DNA of 64,000 bases from Rebecca billardiae RCC1528 (GCA_965240325.2 OZ251229.1:2294001-2358000); one strand, 5' to 3'. Positions 35,805-49,233 are shown, counted from the stretch's first letter. Notes: generated by a model from the sequence alone, not told the origin. Translations and numbers: made by a program.

Positions 35805-38432
35805 CTATGGTCGGTGCATGAGCCAAGGCGCCTCGGCGCCGGGCGCAGAGTAGAAATTCATCACCTCGCGCGCGCGCGAGGCCACGTGATCCACCGTGAA
35901 GCCAAACTTTTTGTGCAGGTCCTTGGCGGGGCCGGACGCGCCGTAGCCCTCCATGCCGACAATGGCGTGTGCGTACTTGCTCCAGCCCTGCGCGGCGGCG
36001 CAGGGCGGCAGCGGCGCAGGGCGCGCGGGAGAGGTGAGTGAGTCTGCGGCGGCGCGTGAGGCGCGGCGGCGACAGAGGCGGCAGAGGCGGCAGGGTGACG
36101 CGCGCCACGCGCCGCGAGCGCGCGCGGACCTCGACCGACGCGGCCTCGACGGCGAGCACCGGCACGCCCTTGGGGAACACCGACTTGCGGTACTCGAGCG
36201 GCTGCTCGTCGAAGAGCTCCCAGCACGGCATCGAAACGACGCGCACGCGCGTGCCGCCCGCCTCCTCGAGCGTCTGTGCGACCTGGACCGTCAGGCCGAC
36301 CTGCGCGCAGCGCGGCGCGGGCGCGCGGAGAGGGGGCGTGCATGTGAGCCACGGCCCGCCCTCGCGCCGCGCGCGACCCCCGCGCCGCGCGAGGCCGCGC
36401 GCGCACACCTCCGAGCCCGAGGCGACGAGCACGAGCTGCAGCGGAGCGTCGCCGCCGGCCGCCGGCTCGTGAAGAGCGTAGGCACCCGAGGCCACGCGCT
36501 CGATCGCCGAGCCCGCGTGGTTGGGCACGCCCTGGCGCGAGAGCGCGATGACGGAGGGGCGCGTGCGGTTCTCCAGCGCCACGCGGTACGCGCCCGACAC
36601 CTCGTTCGAGTCGCACGGCCGCAGCGTGAGCACGTTGGGCATGCTGCGCAGTGACAGCAGCATCTCAATCGGCTGGTGGGTCGGGCCGTCCTCGCCCAGA
36701 CCGATCGAGTCGTGCGTCATCACGTAGATCACGCCGTACTGCGAGATGGCGGAGATGCGGATGGCGCCGAGCGCGTAGCTGCGCGCACGTCCGAGCACGC
36801 CGGGCCATCGGCCGCGCGCGGTGAGCGCCCGAGCTCGGCGCGCGCGGGGCGGCGGGCGGCGGGCGCGCGAGCGCGGAGCAGCACGCGAGCGCGGGGCGCG
36901 CGGCGCGCTCGCGCGCACCCGGCGAAGTTGAGGAAGGTGGCGCAGAACGGCACGTAGCCGCCGAAGGCGCTCATGCCGTTGCAGATGGCGGCCATCGCGT
37001 GCTCGCGCACGCCGAAGCGGATGTACCGCCCCTCGGGCGTCTCCTTCTGAAAGTCGAGCGCGCCCTTGGCCTTGGTCAGGTTGGACGGCGTGAGGTCGGC
37101 GGAGCCGCCGATCAGCTCAGGCACCGTCTCGCAGAGCTTGTTGAGGACGAGCTGCGAGGACTGGCGCGTGGCGAGCGCCTTGTCGGCGGGCGTGAAGCTC
37201 GGCAGCTGCGCCGCCCAGCCCGCCGGCAGCAGCCCCTTCACAAAGCGCCGCTCGAGCTCGGCCGCCTGTGTCGGATACATGACGCCGTAGCGCAGCAGCA
37301 TCTTGCCCCACTCCGCCTCCGCGCGCTCGCCCGCCTGCCGCTTCGCCGAGTAGAGCGCGTACACGTCGTCGGCGACGTGGAAGCTGACCTTGTCGTCGAA
37401 CCCCCACGCGCGCTTGATCGCGGCGATGTCCGCCTCGCCCAGCGGCGCGCCGTGCACGCCGCCGGTGCCCTCCTTGCTCGAACCCTTTCCGATCGTCGTC
37501 GAGACGCGGATCATCGTCGGCCGGTCGAGCTCCGCCTTCGCCTCGTCGACGGCGGCGATGATGGCGTCCATGTCGTCGTCGCCGTTCTGCACGTGGAGCG
37601 TGTGCCACCCGTACGCCTCGTACCGCGCGAGCACGTCCTCGGTGAACGACAGGTCGGTCGAGCCGTCGATGGTGATCCGGTTGTCGTCCCAGAGAACAAT
37701 CAGCCGGCCGAGCCCGAGGTGGCCGGCGAGCGAGCACGCCTCGGAGGTGACGCCCTCCTGCAGGCAGCCGTCGCCGCAGATGACGAAGGTGTGGCTGTCG
37801 AAGAGCGCGAAGCCGTCCTTGTTGTACGTCGCCGCCGCCTGCGCCTGCGCGAGCGCCATCCCCACGCCCATCGAGAGACCCTGGCCGAGCGGGCCGGTCG
37901 TCACCTCGACGCCCGCGGTGTGCGTGTTCTCCGGGTGGCCGGGGCACTTGGAGCCGAGCTTGCGGAAGGACTTGAGGTCGTCCATCGTCAGCTCCCCGCC
38001 CGACAGGTGCAGCAGCGAGTACAGCAGCGCGCACGCGTGCCCGTTCGACAGCACGAAGCGGTCGCGGTTGGGCCAGTTCGGGTTGAGCGGGTTGTACTTC
38101 ATCACGTGCGCCCACAGCGCGTGCGCCATCGGCGCGCAGCCCATCGGCGCGCCCGGGTGGCCCGAGTTGGCCGCCTGCACCATGTCCGCCGAGAGGAGGC
38201 GGATGGTGTTCACGGCCAGCTTGTCCACCGACGAGTCGTTGAGCCGGCCGCGCTTGGTGCCGTCGGCCGCGGCGGCCGCGGCGGCTGGCCGCGGCTCGGT
38301 GCGCTGGCGCTTGCTCCCGGGGGCGCTGCTCGGGCGCAGGTCATCATAGGTGATGTTGAAGGTGGTCGTCGCCTGCTGCGGGGGCAGGTAGCCGAAGTTG
38401 TAGTCGAACAGCTGGTTCGAGAAGATGGGCAT
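35805..38432 (-). CDS. TKL: Transketolase (745 aa); exons 38432-36919, 36778-36409, 36300-36130, 35987-35805
   Basis: ANSGHPGAPMG, RDRFVLSNGH, GHPE, TGPLGQG, GDGCLQEG, GGSADLTPSN, FGVREHAM and THDSIGLGEDGPTHQP. GT-AG introns with consistent phase. Confidence 0.97.
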
Positions 38433-38865
38433 GGCGCGGACTGAGCGCGGGCTGCGCGCGCGCGCGACCGGGCGCGCACGCGCACGGAGCACGCGGCAGA
38501 GGCCGGCTGAGCGGTGGCGGGTGCGCGGGTGGGGCGGATGTGCTCGCCCGCATGACCGCCGTTGGCGGAGCTGCGCTCCCGCCCGGCCCCGGCTGCCCCG
38601 CGCGCACCGTCGAGGGCGAACGGGACCTTCTCCGGCCACGAGGCTCAATTGCCGGTCGGGAAACCTGCGATGGGCCAATGAGGTGGAAGTAGGACCAACT
38701 ATGAACGAGGACAGGTAATCAGGCGGCCTAATGATGTCAGTACTTCACATATTCCTTTTACCCACTCGGACTGGGCAGCTTGTGATCCGGCCGCCCAGTT
38801 CCCTTGGTTCGTCCGACTCTCGACGTCCGGACGACAGATCGACGTGGCGAGAATTCGCAAAGCCC

Positions 38866-39394
38866 ATGGTGAGCTGCCCCCCGGCGCCGCTCGGCGCGCG
38901 GCCTGCGCGCGCACGAGACGCGGAGTGACCCGCGCGCGCGATGGCCCAGGACGTGGGCGTGTGGTCCATTCTTGCCAGCGGCTCTGCGCTTCGGCGGCCG
39001 TGGCGACGCCAGGGCAGCGCATCACGCGCGGTGCGCTCAATTGCGTCCCATGCCCGCGCGTCCGTGACACCCGCTGCCTGATGCTGCGCAGGCGCGCACG
39101 TCTGCTCCTGGCGCTGGATCGCAGCAAGGCGCACCGAAGAGCGGTGGCTCCGCGCCGCGCTCGACGGCGGTGTCCGGGGCGACATCCACCGCGCTGCGCA
39201 AGCGCGGCCCGACGCGCTCGGCTGCGGGGCGTGGCGGCGCGGGCGTCGGCGGCGGCCAGTCTGGCATCCTCCGGTTCTACACGGACGAGGCGCCCGGGCT
39301 GAAGATCGGCCCGACTGCGGTGCTCGTGCTCAGCCTGCTCTTCATCGCGTTTGTCGTCTTGCTGCACATCTGGGGCAAGTTCCGGCGGGGCTAA
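38866..39394 (+). CDS. SEC61B: Sec61 translocon beta subunit; exons 38866-38868 (ATG only) and 39092-39394
   Basis: [43 protein letters not shown]|GTGAGC donor and CGCAG acceptor are in frame. Confidence 0.95.
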
Positions 39395-40031
39395 GCTCGC
39401 AGCTGCGAGCTGGCAGCGCAGCCTGCTCGGGCGCGCAGTGGCACCGGCAGGTGAGCCATCTGCCGGTACGGATTGGGCGCACATGGCGACGCGGGAGGGG
39501 GCACGAGCCACCGTTGCTGGCGGCGGCGCCCTCCTCGCGCTCCACCCCCGGCGCGCTACTCGGCCCAGCCCCGGACGGCTTCTGCACAGCTGGACCGGCC
39601 GCGCGCTGCTACGCTGGCGGGCAGCCGACCATGGCTCGCCGCGCCCCCTCGCTGACAGTGGCGGTGAGGCGGCGACGGGTGAGGTGGCAGGCGTCTGTGT
39701 GAGTCGGCCGTGGCGTCGCAGCACGCTCGTGGCCCTGGGCTAAGTCACGCGCGCAGCCTCCAGCTTGCGGGCTGCGAACGCCCAGGGCCACGTGCGAGCT
39801 GCGCGTCTGCAAACCGCTCCAAAGTCAAAAATGCCGGGCGTGGTCGCACAGATCGTGTCCGTCCGTTACCGGGCACCGGCTCGACACAGTCACAGAGTCC
39901 GCACGCGTCACATCGCTGGCCCTGGGCCGCTGACCCTGGGACCGCCGCCGCCGATGACGATGCCTGAATATTATATATATTAATAACTACTACCCGATCA
40001 CCTATAATATAATATATATATATATATATAT

Positions 40032-42477
40032 GTGGCGTTATAGGGAACCTATAACTGAGTGTCTATGAGCGACGCCAAGAATCCGGCTCGCACGGCATTC
40101 CTGCGTTGTCCTGTGCGCACCGCCGCGCGCAGGAGTCCTGGTGCGCTGCCAATCTGGCCCACAGCGGCGCACCTGCAGGACTCGGTTGGTTACCGCTCAC
40201 ATCGGATCGATCAGGCTTCACTCTCGGGGGCGCCATGGGGCTGCTCACGACGAAGGCGCCGAGCTGGGCAAGGGAATCGCCTGCATCGGGCACTGCCGGG
40301 TGCACGCTCCGCTGCAGGAGGTGCACCGCAGTCGCCGCAGCCCCTCTGCTCGGTAAGGTCGCTGGCTGTCTGTGTGGCCCGGCTCCCCGCCTGATCGTTC
40401 GGCGGCGCGACGTCATCATCTGTCTTCGCCGCGTCGCCCCTCATGCAATGGTCTCTTGCTCTCGCCGCTGTCGCGTCAACCCGCACGCTTCATCGTTTGA
40501 GATACGCGCTCGCCTCGCGCCCGTGCGTCGCGCGGGTGCGGCGCACCGGCACTCTGACGCGTGTCTGCTCGCCGCGCGTCGCGATCGATCGTGCGCGCGC
40601 GGCCGCGCAGTCCTCGTCTCTTCTATTTCTAAACGGGATTCATCAACGACTACTTGGACGCCCGCTCCAACTTATAAACGGGACTCGCGGGCGCCCTCTC
40701 GACCTCGGGCAGCAGCTCAACCGCCACGCCGCTGCCAGCGCCCGCTGTCGTTCGTTGCTCAAATCCCAACATAGCTAACCTGATCGTTCCATGATTGATC
40801 ATTGTGGTCTGTCTACTCCACGACGCCGCGCGCCGCGACCATCCAGCTCCAGAGTCCATTCGTACCCGACGCCTTGTACGAGCCGGGCATGGCGGAGTGG
40901 CTAGACGTGGCGTTATAGGGAACCTATAACTGAGTGTCTATGAGCGACGCCAAGAATCCGGCTCGCACGGCATTCCTGCGTTGTCCTGTGCGCACCGCCG
41001 CGCGCAGGCGGAGTCCTGGTGCGCTGCCAATCTGGCCCACAGCGGCGCACCTGCAGGACTCGGTTGGTTACCGCTCACATCGGATCGATCAGGCTTCACT
41101 CTCGGGGGCGCCATGGGGCTGCTCACGACGAAGGCGCCGAGCTGGGCAAGGGAATCGCCTGCATCGGGCACTGCCGGGTGCACGCTCCGCTGCAGGAGGT
41201 GCACCGCAGTCGCCGCAGCCCCTCTGCTCGGTAAGGTCGCTGGCTGTCTGTGTGGCCCGGCTCCCCGCCTGATCGTTCGGCGGCGCGACGTCATCATCTG
41301 TCTTCGCCGCGTCGCCCCTCATGCAATGGTCTCTTGCTCTCGCCGCTGTCGCGTCAACCCGCACGCTTCATCGTTTGCCCGCCCGCCCACCCTCGGCCTC
41401 TGGCGGATATGGAAGCACTGCAGTGTCAGCGAGCCATCAGCCTTAATCGACCTTGCTCAGTGACTGACGACTCGCGGGCGCCCTCTCGACCTCGGGCAGC
41501 AGCTCAACCGCCACGCCGCTGCCAGCGCCCGCTGTCGTTCGTTGCTCAAATCCCAACATAGCTAACCTGATCGTTCCATGATTGATCATTGTGGTCTGTC
41601 TACTCCACGACGCCGCGCGCCGCGACCATCCAGCTCCAGAGTCCATTCGTACCCGACGCCTTGTACGAGCCGGGCATGGCGGAGTGGCTAGACGTGGCGT
41701 TATAGGGAACCTATAACTGAGTGTCTATGAGCGACGCCAAGAATCCGGCTCGCACGGCATTCCTGCGTTGTCCTGTGCGCACCGCCGCGCGCAGGAGTCC
41801 TGGTGCGCTGCCAATCTGGCCCACAGCGGCGCACCTGCAGGACTCGGTTGGTTACCGCTCACATCGGATCGATCAGGCTTCACTCTCGGGGGCGCCATGG
41901 GGCTGCTCACGACGAAGGCGCCGAGCTGGGCAAGGGAATCGCCTGCATCGGGCACTGCCGGGTGCACGCTCCGCTGCAGGAGGTGCACCGCAGTCGCCGC
42001 AGCCCCTCTGCTCGGTAAGGTCGCTGGCTGTCTGTGTGGCCCGGCTCCCCGCCTGATCGTTCGGCGGCGCGACGTCATCATCTGTCTTCGCCGCGTCGCC
42101 CCTCATGCAATGGTCTCTTGCTCTCGCCGCTGTCGCGTCAACCCGCACGCTTCATCGTTTGCCCGCCCGCCCACCCTCGGCCTCTGGCGGATATGGAAGC
42201 ACTGCAGTGTCAGCGAGCCATCAGCCTTAATCGACCTTGCTCAGTGACTGACGACTCGCGGGCGCCCTCTCGACCTCGGGCAGCAGCTCAACCGCCACGC
42301 CGCTGCCAGCGCCCGCTGTCGTTCGTTGCTCAAATCCCAACATAGCTAACCTGATCGTTCCATGATTGATCATTGTGGTCTGTCTACTCCACGACGCCGC
42401 GCGCCGCGACCATCCAGCTCCAGAGTCCATTCGTACCCGACGCCTTGTACGAGCCGGGCATGGCGGAGTGGCTAGAC
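40032..42477 (+). mobile_element. Head-to-tail triple tandem of family B (units 40032-40906, 40907-41693, 41694-42477) inside a (TA)n tract
   Basis: Each unit runs GTGGCGTTATAGGGAACCTATAACTGAG...GCATGGCGGAGTGGCTAGAC with CTAGAC|GTGGCG junctions, and (TA)n lies on both flanks. Confidence 0.9.
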
Positions 42478-43205
42478 ATATATATATATTCAACGACGTG
42501 CCACGTGGTATGCAACGCGCAGGGCGGCAGGCGTAAATTATGACTATATATATAGTTAATGTCATTTAAATTAATAATAAATTATTATTGCAGACAATTT
42601 GCATGCAGCACTTGTGAGAGTGTCATGAGCGCACTCTTCGGATTAATCTTGAATCGGTTCGATCCGAGGACGGAGGATGAGCTCAGTACCCCCATAGGGC
42701 TGAAAATGAACAGCAGATGGGCTCTCAGATGCTGACATTCTGGCAACCGCAATCCGCGGCATGCCAGCACCAACGGGCACGGCAACGGTGTCCGCCGGCC
42801 GTTCGTAACGCCGTAACGCCTAACGGGCATCACCGGCGGCACCAGCCCGAACCAGCAGGCCAGGCACCAGGCACCAGCACGGCCGCAGGCGCCATGGGGC
42901 CCCATGTCATCTGAGCTCGGAAAATGGCGCAGCCTGCCGAGGATCCAGATTGCATCAGGGCTGCCAGCGGCGCTGACTCACCGGGCAGGTGATGAAGTGG
43001 GGCCCAGCTGCTCGGAGCAGCGGCTCTGTTGTGGCGCGTGCCGCCGCCGCCCTGGAGCGGCGCGAGCCCGACGCTGGCGGCCGCGGCCAGCGCGCAGCGA
43101 GCAGCCCAGCAGCGCTGCGGGGCGTGCGCGCAGCGCTCCCCGCGCAGGCCTGGCCACGCGCCCCGACGCCGCCGTCGCCGGCGGAGGTCGCGCGTCGCGC
43201 CCGCC

Positions 43206-46200
43206 TCACATGTCCACGTCGGTGAGCTGGTTGAGGTAGCAGACGAGCCCGGTCGCGTCGCCGCCCGCCTCGCCCAGGTCACACACGCTGCACAGCCGGC
43301 CCTTAAACTCGGGTTTGTACGCCGCGCCGCAGTACGAGCAGCGCTCGAGCTTCGAGCCCTGCGCGCGCACGGCGGGGCGCGGCCGATGCGCGCGGGCGGG
43401 GCGCGGGCAGAGCACGCTCAGCGAACGCCGAGCCGGGCCGGCGGTGCGCCGCAGAGCGCGCGCCGCTGGGCCGACGGCGCTCGGGCGCGCGGCGCGCAGC
43501 GCGCGGCGCGCGCGCGCGCGCGCTTACCTTGTAGATGGGAGAGTGCGAAGCGTTGCACACGACGAACGGGTTGCGGTCGTCGTACTCGAGCGGAAGCGCG
43601 TCGCCCGGGTTCTGCTCGCACAGCTGCAGCACTTTGCGCGCCTGCCGCACCGTCGCAGCGGGTCGCGTGCCGCGCGCGCACGCCGCTGGTGAGCCGCGCG
43701 CGCGCGAGCGCCCGGCGCGCCGCTCGCGCGCCGCAGCGCGCGCGCGCGCGCGCCCACCTGTGTTGCAATCTCCGCCTTAGGATGGAGGTCGAGCAGGCGG
43801 CGCGAGAAGGACGCGGCCGCGTTGAAGTTGCGCATCTTGTACGCGACCTGCGGGCGTTGATTCGTCGAGGCGCGAAGCGCGTGAGCGCTCGGCGGCGGCA
43901 CACGTGCGCCAGCGTGGCAGCCGCGCGTCCCGCGCGCGCGCGCCGCCGGGCCGCGCGCCGCTGCGGTAGCGCTCGGTGCTATGCGCAGCGACGCACCGTC
44001 ATCGCCGAGCGCAGGGAGAGGATGGCGTGCGCGGGCTGCATCTGGCAGTGCGTGAAGTAGGCCGAGAGCTCCGCCTGCGCGCGCGCGATCGAGCCAGGCG
44101 CGGCGCAGCGGGCGGGCGGGCGGGCGGGATGAGCGCGTGGCAAGCCAGGCGAGCGCCGCGCGTTGCATCGCCGCGCGCCGCACACCTGGCGCTTCGGCTC
44201 GGTCGCCTCCTTGCGCGCGAGCTCGAGCTGGATGGCGGTGATGTACTCCTTGCAGATCGACTGCAGCTCCTTCAGCTCCGCCACGCCCTTGCGCGAGTCG
44301 ACCACCGTCAGCGTGATCGCCTGCAGCACGTACCGGAAATGTCCGAGCGCTTCGCCAAACTTGCCACCCGTCGTCGCGGTGTAGCCGTGCCGCAGCCGCT
44401 CGACGAGTGCGGGCAGGGTGAGCGCGAGGGCGGGGAGCGCGCCGCCGCCGCGCGGCGCGGCGCCCTCGCGCGCGAGCGGCGTGAGCACCGCCGGCGTCGA
44501 CACCGGCCCGTGCCTGAGCGCGTGCGACGCGCCGGCGAGCGCGAGAGCGTACGGCTTGAGCGGCCCAAAATTGACGAGACCGAGCTGCCGCTGAAGCATC
44601 GCCATCCCCGTGTCGAACGAGCCGGCGGCGAAGTGGTCGGCGGCGAGCGGCGAGTCGCGCGTCCAGCGCTCGGCGGCGGACTGGCCCGAGCTGGGCGCGG
44701 CGAAGTACCCCGCGCCGCCGCCCGCGCCCGAGGGCAGCGCCGGCATGTCCGGCAGGTCGAGGGCGTCCTCCATTTCCCAGCCACCGCCGCCGTCGTCGCC
44801 GTCGTCGCCGCCGCCGCCGCCGCCCAGCCCGCCGAGCTCGTCGCCGAGGCCGCCGAGGCCGGCGGCGGCGGGCATCGTCGGGTCGAGGTCGAGGTCGAGG
44901 TCGTCGCCGCCCCACCCGCCCCCCGCGCCCGCGCCGCCCGCCTCGTCCAGCGGGTCGTCCAGCCCCATCTGCATGCCGCCGACCGCCGCGTTGTCGCTCG
45001 CCGACACGTTCTCCCAGAAGTCTTTGGAGACGGCGAGCTGCGGCCAGTTGGCCTCGCGCAGGATGGGCAGCGGCGGGACGAGGAGCTTGGGCGAGGCGCA
45101 GGGCAGCTCGGGCACGGCGTCGCCGAGGCCGGCCGCCAGCTCCGCCGCCTGCTCCTCCAGCCCGTGCGCCTTCGCCAGCACGTACGCCAGCGCGGGCTGC
45201 CCCACCTCGGCGAGCACGGCCGCGCGCTCGCGCGCGTTGCCGAGGTAGAGCGCGTTGTGGAAGCGCGAGAGAGCGTCCGCGCGCATCTCGGCGATCTTGA
45301 GCATCTTGGCGAGCTTCTCGGTGTTGCCCGTGATGAGGTAGAGGAAGGAGAGCCGCTCGAAGTCCTTCGTCTTCTGGTAGCACATCTCCACCACCTGGTG
45401 GTTCCCCTGCCGCAGCGCCTCGAGCGCGAGCCGCTGCCAATTGTCCTTGGACTCGATCGCCGACGTCGCCTCGAGCGCGAGCTCAATCTGGCCGCACTCG
45501 ATCGCGAGGTTGAAGCGCACCTGCGGGTCGGTGACGAAGTGGAGCGCGACCTGCGGGAAGCCCTTCTTCTGCAGGTACGCGATGATCGCGTGCCCGCGCA
45601 GCTTCGACCGCCGGATCGTGCGCAGCACCAGGTCGAACTGCTGGTTGTGCAGCGCGAGCTTGAACGCGAGCTCGGACGTGTCGACCTGCAGCACGCGCAC
45701 CTTCGCCTCGCGGTCGAGGCAGTACAGCTTGCCGTTGGTGAACTTGGTGAGGTACAGCGGCTGCTCGAGGGTGCGGATGATGCCGCCGTCGCCGTTCGTC
45801 AGCGCGTACTTCAGGTGGTTCAGCGTCGAGTACAGGAACGTGCCGTTCCCGTCCCACACGCCCGACTTGAGCCGGATCGTCTCGTGGAGCGTCGCGAGGT
45901 GCTGCAGCCGCTTGTTCGCGAGCACGACCGCGTGCTTGGCGAGCAGCGCGACGTGCGACATGTCGGCGGACCAGACGACGTACTTGACGGCGGGGGCGGT
46001 GAGCTCGCCCACCGCCTTCCGCTGCTGCACGTCGAACAGCGTCATCCGCTCGTCCGCGCGCAGCAGCAGCGTGCCCGTCGCCGCGGGGAAGAGCATGTCT
46101 GTCGACGCGTGCGGCGGCGCGCACTTCTTCGTCACCTCGTTCTGAAAGTTCTTGATGAGGATCTGGCGGTTCTTGTCGAGGACGGCGAAGCGCTGGCGCG

Positions 46201-47875
46201 CGACGAAGACGCCCGAGCTGCCCAGCCCGCGCTTGCACTCGCCCGCGTCCGCCGAGCCGCCCGAGCCGCCGCGCGAGTCGCGGGGCACGTGGTACAGCTC
46301 ATACGTGCCGCCCTCCGTGTCCGTGCACACCAGCAGCATCGACTCGGCCTCGTTGAAGTGCATCGAGCGCACGACGGAGGAGCCGCCGTGCGCGCCCGAG
46401 CCGGAGGACGAGCGGCGGATCGAGAGCAGCGCCGCGTCCTTCCCGCTCGTGTAGTCGTACGAGCGCAGCGTGCGCTCCTTGATGAAGAGCAGCGAGCCGC
46501 CGAGCGGCACGTACGGCGGGCGCTCGCGCTCGAGCTTGAACACGATCAGCCCCGCGTCGTGGCCCGCGCCGAGCAGGTTCTGCGTCGGGTGGACGGCGAG
46601 GATCCAGAAGCGGTCGTGCTCGCGGCGGAAGGTCTGCATGCCCTGCCGCTTCGACATGTCCCACACGCGGATCGACTTGTCCTCCGAGTTGGACACGATC
46701 AGCTCCTGCTTCGGGTGGAAGACCGCGCACGACACGTTGTTGATGTGGCCGCGCAGCGTGTCCACCTCCCACGCCTTCGTCTCGTTCATGCGCCACAGCT
46801 TGACCTGCGCGCGGCGGGCGCGCGGGCGAGGGCGCGCGCGGGCGAGGGCACGGCCGCGGGTCGGTACGCGCGGCAGCCGCCTGCGCGCCGCGGCAGCCGC
46901 CTGCGCGCCGCGCGCAGGGCTCGCGGCGCACGGCGCGCGGCGCGCGGCGCACGGCGCATACCTGGCGGTCATCCGCGCCAGAGACAATCAGCGGCAGCGT
47001 CGGGTGGAACGCCGCCCAGTTGACGCCGCGGTCGTGGCCCTCGAGCACGTACTTCACTGTCGCGTCATTCCCGCCGAACAGGTCCTCCACCTGCGGCAGC
47101 TTCGACCCCAGCTTGCCCGCCGCGTGCAGCGCCGCCGTGGCCGATGCCGGCCCATCGCCGCCGCCGCCCATCAGGTCACGCGGGCCGTCGGCCGCGCCGC
47201 CCGGGCTCGCGAGCTTCTTGCGCAGGCCGCTGGTGTCCCAGACGCGCACGGTCTGGTCGAGCGAGGCGGAGAGCACGAGGTCCTCCTTCGGGTGGAATTG
47301 CGCGCACATCACGTAGTGGTTGTGCCCGGTGAGCACCGAGACACACGAGCGCGACTGCCAGTTCCAGATCCGGATCGTCTGGTCGTCGGACGCGGAGACG
47401 ATCCACGGCAGCTCGTGGTGGAACTGGACCGTGCGGATGTAGTCGAGGTGCCCGAGGAGCGTGAACAGACAGCGGCGCAGCTTGTAGTTCCACACCTGCC
47501 AGCACGCACGCGCGCGGCGAGCGCGAGCGCGCACGGGCGCCAACCGACCGGAGCAATCGCCGTCAGGCGCGCGCAAGACGCGGGTGCCCAGGGCGGGCCT
47601 GCGCTGGGCATCTGCGTGCGCGGACAAAAGCCGCATCCCAGACGTACCTTGATCTTGTAATCGTCGCCACCGGTCACGAACAGCGGCTGCGCGACGTGGA
47701 AGTGCACGCCGCGGACCGGGCCGTCGTGCTCATCGAACCGATCGATGAGTGTGCCCATGCGGTAGTCCCAGAGCTGGACCACCCCATTGTGCAGCGAGGC
47801 GAGGACCCAGGGGCGCGCGCAGTGGAAGGCGACGCCCTTCACACGGTTCGACTTCGTCTCGAACTTGGTCAGCAT
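43206..47875 (-). CDS. COPA: Coatomer subunit alpha (1271 aa); exons 47875-47648, 47495-46962, 46804-44186, 44074-43997, 43847-43758, 43641-43528, 43358-43206
   Basis: [37 protein letters not shown]40 repeats, [18 protein letters not shown] and a C-terminal CSYCGA..CSVC. All six introns are GT-AG and phase 0. Confidence 0.98.
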
Positions 47876-48054
47876 GGCGCCGCGTCCTCGCCGACGACAA
47901 GCAGCGCGGCGCGAGAGGCCTCAGCCGCCGGCTCTCGACAAAGAGACGCGTTCCCGGACCGGCGCAGTCCGGGCCTGCTCTGCATGACTGCATCCGGGCT
48001 GCCGGCTGCCGCCGGCCGCGGTGCTCGAGTGAGTCGCGGCGGACGACGACGACG

Positions 48055-48885
48055 ATGCACGCCCCGCTGGCGCACGACGACGACGACCCGCGCGAGTGGC
48101 TGGGGCTGGAGCCTCTGTTCTCCGAGTACGGGGAGAGGCTTGTCGTTGCTGGCGCTGACTTCCGCCTCGACGTGCCCGGGGGGCAGATCGTGATCAAGCA
48201 GGACGTCGATGCGTTCGCGGCCCCGCAGGCGGATGCCGATGGCGCGGCTCCGACCGAGCAGCAGCGCACGACGGGAGCTCTTTTGTGGGACGCCTCGGTC
48301 GTGCTGGCGCGCGCGCTCACCCGGCACCCTCCGCCTCTGCCCAAGCGCCCCTTGCGCGTGCTTGAGCTCGGCGCGGGCCGCGGACTGGTGGGTCTCGCGC
48401 TCGCCGCGTATGGGCACCACGTGACGCTGACGGAGCACCCATCCGTGCTGCACCTCCTGCGCCAGAGCGTGGACGCCAACGCGCGCGTGCTTCAGGGGCA
48501 CGGCACGATCGCGGTCTGCGCATTGCCTTGGGGGGACGAGCCTGCAGCCGCGCGACTCGGCCCGCTTGATCTGGTCGTGTGCGCCGACTGCGTGTATGAC
48601 ACTGCCCTGGTGGAGCCACTCATCCGTACGCTTCGCAGTCTGGATGCGCCTCGGGCCGTCGTGGCTTTCGACCGCGCCATCGGGCGTCACGAAGCCTATG
48701 CCGCGTTTGAGCGCCAAGCTGCGCGGGTGTTTGACCGCTGCGCGCCGTGGACGGAGCTGCGGCAGATGCTCGCGGAGTCTGAATCCAAGGCCAGCGTGGA
48801 GGTCATCATGCTGGCGTCTGCCTCCGCGGCGGCGACTGCGAGTCGGACGGCGTCTGTGACGCCGCTGCCGCCGGTTGCCGATTGA
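48055..48885 (+). CDS. METTL21/EEF1A-type protein lysine methyltransferase (Methyltransf_16 family)
   Basis: TTGALLWDASVVLA, VLELGAGRGLVG, LPWG and DLVVCADCVY. Confidence 0.9.
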   Translation: MHAPLAHDDDDPREWLGLEPLFSEYGERLVVAGADFRLDVPGGQIVIKQDVDAFAAPQADADGAAPTEQQRTTGALLWDASVVLARALTRHPPPLPKRPLRVLELGAGRGLVGLALAAYGHHVTLTEHPSVLHLLRQSVDANARVLQGHGTIAVCALPWGDEPAAARLGPLDLVVCADCVYDTALVEPLIRTLRSLDAPRAVVAFDRAIGRHEAYAAFERQAARVFDRCAPWTELRQMLAESESKASVEVIMLASASAAATASRTASVTPLPPVAD

Positions 48886-49141
48886 GGACTGCTGCCAGGG
48901 GGACCGCCGCCGTATGGTGAACCCTACTGCTGCCATTCCGGCCCGGGCGTGGCGGCGGCTAGTCGACGCGGGACGCCGCTGGTGCCAGGGACGAGGCACC
49001 GCCCTTGGACGAGGCATTGTCGGTCTGGGCACCAGTCCTCGGACGACACCGTTCCACTGGTCAGAGAGAGAGAGACGGTATAAGAGATGAGAGAGACGAG
49101 ATTGAGAGAGAAAGATTGATCTGATCGATCGATCGAGAGAC

Positions 49142-49146
<5 letters not shown>

Positions 49147-49219
<73 letters not shown>

Positions 49220-49233
49220 GAGAGAGAGAGAGA
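49147..49233. repeat. (GA)n microsatellite
   Basis: Directly visible. Confidence 0.97.

Noticed and set aside
40031-42478. Tandem solo-LTR interpretation from apparent TG...CA ends, and the repeated 111-160 aa ORFs
   Set aside because: Internal junctions read AGAC|GTGG rather than CA|TG, so the outer T and A belong to the TA tract. No PBS or PPT was seen and the ORFs lack coding character.
43976-47023. 1015-aa plus-strand ORF
   Set aside because: It is the antisense shadow of COPA exons.
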